From the NCBI GenBank assembly GCA_034722435.1, contig JAYENX010000018.1, positions 1-16,300 of the forward strand: 16,300 nucleotides of DNA, read 5' to 3'. Of this stretch, positions 13,425 to 16,300 are shown one piece after another (the stretch's first letter is position 1; every line of letters begins with the position of its first letter). The notes beneath the pieces are model-generated. The model had not been told where the DNA came from. It searched no databases and saw only the letters and a program-made list of their open reading frames with translations. The position numbers and the translations under genes were made by a program. The stretch comes from Nanobdellota archaeon. Its GTDB lineage: Archaea > Nanobdellota > Nanobdellia > Woesearchaeales > JAHWHD01.

Positions 13425-14377
13425 AATTTAATAAGATTACGAAAACGGATTTAGGGAAAATAGTAAGCATGTATAATCTTGGTAAACTTCAAAGTTATAG
13501 TAAATTTGATCAAGGTATAATTAATGATGTAACTAAGATAGTTACTGATACTGGTGAATATGTTGTTCGTGCCTGGAATCCTAATTTTGGAAAGAGAGAG
13601 GATAAGAGATTTGAGATTAATCTTTTGAGAAAATTGCATGAACGAGGTTTAATGGTTCAAGAGCCTGTTAAATGTGGTGAAGGGTATCTTGTTAAGTATA
13701 AAGGATTAGACCTTGCAGTTTTTCATTATGTTGAAGGAGAATCTATACTGAATCTTTCAGTTAAACAAGTTGCAAAAACGGGTGCTTATACTGGGCAAAT
13801 GCATAGGATTATTGAAGGGTATAGACCGAGAGGAAAGCGTGGTAAGAGTACCTTGAAAGGTTTTAAGAAACATGTTGCCAGGATTAGTGATTGGTTAAGA
13901 GCTGAACCTTTGAAGGATAGTGATAAGTTTTTTAGGGCTGTAGATGAAACTTTTAAGAATTTGAAATGGTCATCAGGTTTACCTAAAGGTGTAATACATA
14001 ACGATATTAACCCGGGAAATGTATTATTTAAGGATGGCGAAGTTGTATGTTTGATAGATTTTGATTGTAGCAGGTATGAACATTTAGTAAATGATGTTGC
14101 TGTTGGTATGAAATGTTTAGGGTTTTACGATGATGGAATTGATTTTGTTAAGATGAAAGCTTTCTTGAAAGGTTATAATGATGAACGAAGGATGTTGGCG
14201 TCAGAATGGGACAGTTTATATGATAAGATACGTGTAGAGGCTTTATTACGTGGTATGTACGGTATATCTGCATCTTTACGAGGGGATACTAAAAAAGGTT
14301 GTAATAGTAAATCTATTAAAAATTTAAATTTATTGAATCAAATTACTAAGCGCGAGTTTATGAGGCGAGTAAAATGA
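13421..14377 (+). CDS. Aminoglycoside phosphotransferase / type II homoserine kinase-like (APH/ChoK fold) kinase
   Basis: QGIIN nucleotide-positioning loop, Brenner motif IHNDINPGNVLF, LIDFD. ATGA overlaps at both ends. Confidence 0.88.
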   Translation: MKFNKITKTDLGKIVSMYNLGKLQSYSKFDQGIINDVTKIVTDTGEYVVRAWNPNFGKREDKRFEINLLRKLHERGLMVQEPVKCGEGYLVKYKGLDLAVFHYVEGESILNLSVKQVAKTGAYTGQMHRIIEGYRPRGKRGKSTLKGFKKHVARISDWLRAEPLKDSDKFFRAVDETFKNLKWSSGLPKGVIHNDINPGNVLFKDGEVVCLIDFDCSRYEHLVNDVAVGMKCLGFYDDGIDFVKMKAFLKGYNDERRMLASEWDSLYDKIRVEALLRGMYGISASLRGDTKKGCNSKSIKNLNLLNQITKREFMRRVK

Positions 14378-15156
14378 ATAAATATCTAAAAGTATGGTTT
14401 CGGGCTATCGGATTAGAGCTGAGCAGGCATATGGCGTATAAAGCTAACTTTATCATGAAAGTGTTAGCGGTAATGATTATGGATTTTGTTGGACCTTTAG
14501 TAGTTTTATTGATTTATCAAAGTACTCCTGGTATACCTGGCTGGACATTTCCTCAATTTATATTGTTTCAAGGTACCTTGACGTTGATATTCGGTATAGG
14601 GCACATGTTTATGGTAATGATACCTGTGCAATGTATAGAAGAGATTAGAAGTGGAACCTTTGACAAGATTCTTACAAAACCGTTCAAGCCTTTGACTTAT
14701 CTTACTTTAACATCGGTTGATATAGATGGTGTAGGAGAGGTAATAGTTGGTCTTGCATTGATAATTTGGGCATTTGGTGCTTTGAATTTAGGTTTTGGAG
14801 TGAATTTCTTGTTTTATTTGGCGTTGTTAGCAGTGGCTTTATTGTTTGAATATTCGGCGCACGTATTAATAGCGTCAATGGCGTTTATTGCAGTAAAGTC
14901 TTGGGCATTGTTTGATGTATTGTTTAGGTTGAAAATGTTCGGGAGGTATCCTGCTTCCATCTATAACCCTGGATTGCAAATGTTTCTTACATTTATATTT
15001 CCAATAGCGATAGCTGCTTTTTATCCTGTAGAAGTATTACTTAAAGGAATGAGCATATCGGTACTGTGGGCTGTATTAGCTGTAGTTGGATTTTCTATAG
15101 TTACAAGACTATTCTGGGCATATGCTATGAAGAAGTATACAAGTGCCGGTGGATAG
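14374..15156 (+). CDS. ABC-2 family permease (DUF990/COG3694-like)
   Basis: About 6 TMs; AYKANF, IPGWTF, IRSGTFDKILTKP, RYPASIY, FPIAIAAFYP, ends KYTSAGG. Confidence 0.9.
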   Translation: MNKYLKVWFRAIGLELSRHMAYKANFIMKVLAVMIMDFVGPLVVLLIYQSTPGIPGWTFPQFILFQGTLTLIFGIGHMFMVMIPVQCIEEIRSGTFDKILTKPFKPLTYLTLTSVDIDGVGEVIVGLALIIWAFGALNLGFGVNFLFYLALLAVALLFEYSAHVLIASMAFIAVKSWALFDVLFRLKMFGRYPASIYNPGLQMFLTFIFPIAIAAFYPVEVLLKGMSISVLWAVLAVVGFSIVTRLFWAYAMKKYTSAGG

Positions 15157-15157
15157 A

Positions 15158-16300
15158 ATGGTTTCTACTGTTTTGGTAATGAAGAATAATCTTAAGAAGT
15201 TTTATTATTTTAGCTTTGTTAGTGTTTTTATTCTTTATGTACCATTTATTATTTATTATTTTCAAAGTTTAGATCTTGGTTTAGGTAAAATTGCGATTTT
15301 GGTAAGTACGACTTCTGTTGTTAGATTAATATTTGAGATACCTTCAGGGTATGTTGCAGATAGAATAGGTCGAAAAAATTCTATGCTTATCGGTGCAATA
15401 TTTCAATTAATAGGGATGGGTGTACTTTTTTATGCTTCTAGTTTTTCAATTATTTTTATTGCGCATATTGTATTGGGTTTGGGCTTTGCATTTTTATCAG
15501 GGGCAGATTCTGCATTTCTTTATGATACCTTGCTTGTTTTGAAAAGGGAGAAGGATTATAAAAAAGTAGAAGGTAAAGCTAGATTCTTCGGTGGTGTATC
15601 GGGTGTGATTGCTGGTGTTGCGGGTTCACTTGTAGTAACTTTAAGTATTCGGCACACGATATTGTTTTCTATCTTTGTACAGTTTATTAGTATATTAGTT
15701 GTTTTAAGTTTTACAGAACCTTCAAGGCATAAGTTAATTGAAAAGTTACCGTTTAAAGAAGAATTGTTTAAGTTTAAAAATATTATAATTAAATCTTTAC
15801 ATAATAAAAAGTTGTTAGGTTTGTTTGTTTATGCGTTTATTGTGATGGGTGTAGCGGATACTATCTGGATTAATTATCAGCCATATTTTAGGGCTATCAA
15901 TCTTCCAGTGGTTTGGTTCGGGATATTGTTTGCAGCATTTTCAGTTATGACTGCGATAAGTGCGCTTAAAGCTGATTATATTGAAAGAAAGTTTGGTGTA
16001 TCTGGTTCGTTATTGTTGATGCCTTTATTATTAATCGGAGCTTTACTTTTTGCAGGGATGTTCTTTGTATGGTTTGGACTGTTCTTCTTTTTATTAAGAG
16101 AAGTGGTGAGGGGTATGAGTTTCCCGGTTTTGAATGATTATGCTAATAAAATCGCTGCGTCGCATGAACGTGCTACAGTTTTATCTGTGCAAAGTGTATT
16201 CGGTCAATTAGGGTTTGTTGTTATTGCGTTGTTGTTCGGGTTTCTGGGTGATGCTTTCGGGTTAAGAAGTATGTATTTAGTTTTAGGGTTAGTGTTGCTG
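15158..16300 (+). CDS. MFS transporter, partial (runs off the window end)
   Basis: Not in the ORF track. ATG 15158, 1 nt after the permease stop, opens 381 stop-free codons: MVSTVLVMKNNLKKFYYF..., FEIPSGYVADRIGRK (MFS motif A), SGADSAFLYD, ERATVLS, with multiple TMs. Confidence 0.92.
   Translation, partial: MVSTVLVMKNNLKKFYYFSFVSVFILYVPFIIYYFQSLDLGLGKIAILVSTTSVVRLIFEIPSGYVADRIGRKNSMLIGAIFQLIGMGVLFYASSFSIIFIAHIVLGLGFAFLSGADSAFLYDTLLVLKREKDYKKVEGKARFFGGVSGVIAGVAGSLVVTLSIRHTILFSIFVQFISILVVLSFTEPSRHKLIEKLPFKEELFKFKNIIIKSLHNKKLLGLFVYAFIVMGVADTIWINYQPYFRAINLPVVWFGILFAAFSVMTAISALKADYIERKFGVSGSLLLMPLLLIGALLFAGMFFVWFGLFFFLLREVVRGMSFPVLNDYANKIAASHERATVLSVQSVFGQLGFVVIALLFGFLGDAFGLRSMYLVLGLVLL

Noticed and set aside
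241-13639. Antisense shadow ORFs in the track (241-495, 1124-1354, 1847-2221, 2952-3170, 4029-4280, 4277-4633, 5879-6073, 5949-6359, 8287-8523, 8370-8654, 11625-11876, 11994-12326, 12818-13066, 13451-13639)
   Set aside because: Each lies opposite a gene with clear family motifs and has no motifs or evident promoter/RBS of its own.
13385-15156. Similar C-termini of the two permeases (AMNKFTGAGV / AMKKYTSAGG) as a novel repeat
   Set aside because: Expected paralogy of the two DUF990-type permeases.
1-16300. CRISPR array, tRNA/rRNA, transposase or integrase
   Set aside because: No regularly spaced direct repeats, no cloverleaf with T/D-loop consensus in intergenic DNA, and no DDE/HUH/tyrosine-recombinase motifs in any ORF.

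Overview
AT-rich, gene-dense archaeal window, probably a DPANN (Woesearchaeota/Nanoarchaeota-like) genome. This is inferred from the archaeal-type ATP-dependent DNA ligase, BRE/TATA promoters about 21-25 nt before many start codons, and GAGGTG-type RBSs. Left half: a catalytically intact PolX lacking the PHP domain, a class II aldolase-family protein with a ~140-aa insertion, an alpha/beta hydrolase, a trypsin-fold protein lacking all three triad residues, a complete DNA ligase, an AstE/AspA-type Zn hydrolase, a ~160-nt structured intergenic element, and an intact ORF for a ligase adenylation domain with its catalytic residues substituted. Middle: two paralogous membrane proteins predicted to insert in opposite orientations, several small proteins (acidic TRASH-domain, very basic, and a membrane protein with tandem [YF]xGxERR motifs), and a PRPP synthetase with three large insertions. 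Right: a tightly coupled five-gene operon (ABC ATPase, permease, APH-family kinase, permease, MFS partial) preceded by a uORF/hairpin leader. I saw no rRNA, tRNA, CRISPR array or transposase. The strongest leads are the pseudo-ligase near polX/lig, the antiparallel membrane pair, and the attenuator-like leader. All family calls come from motif reading, not database searches.
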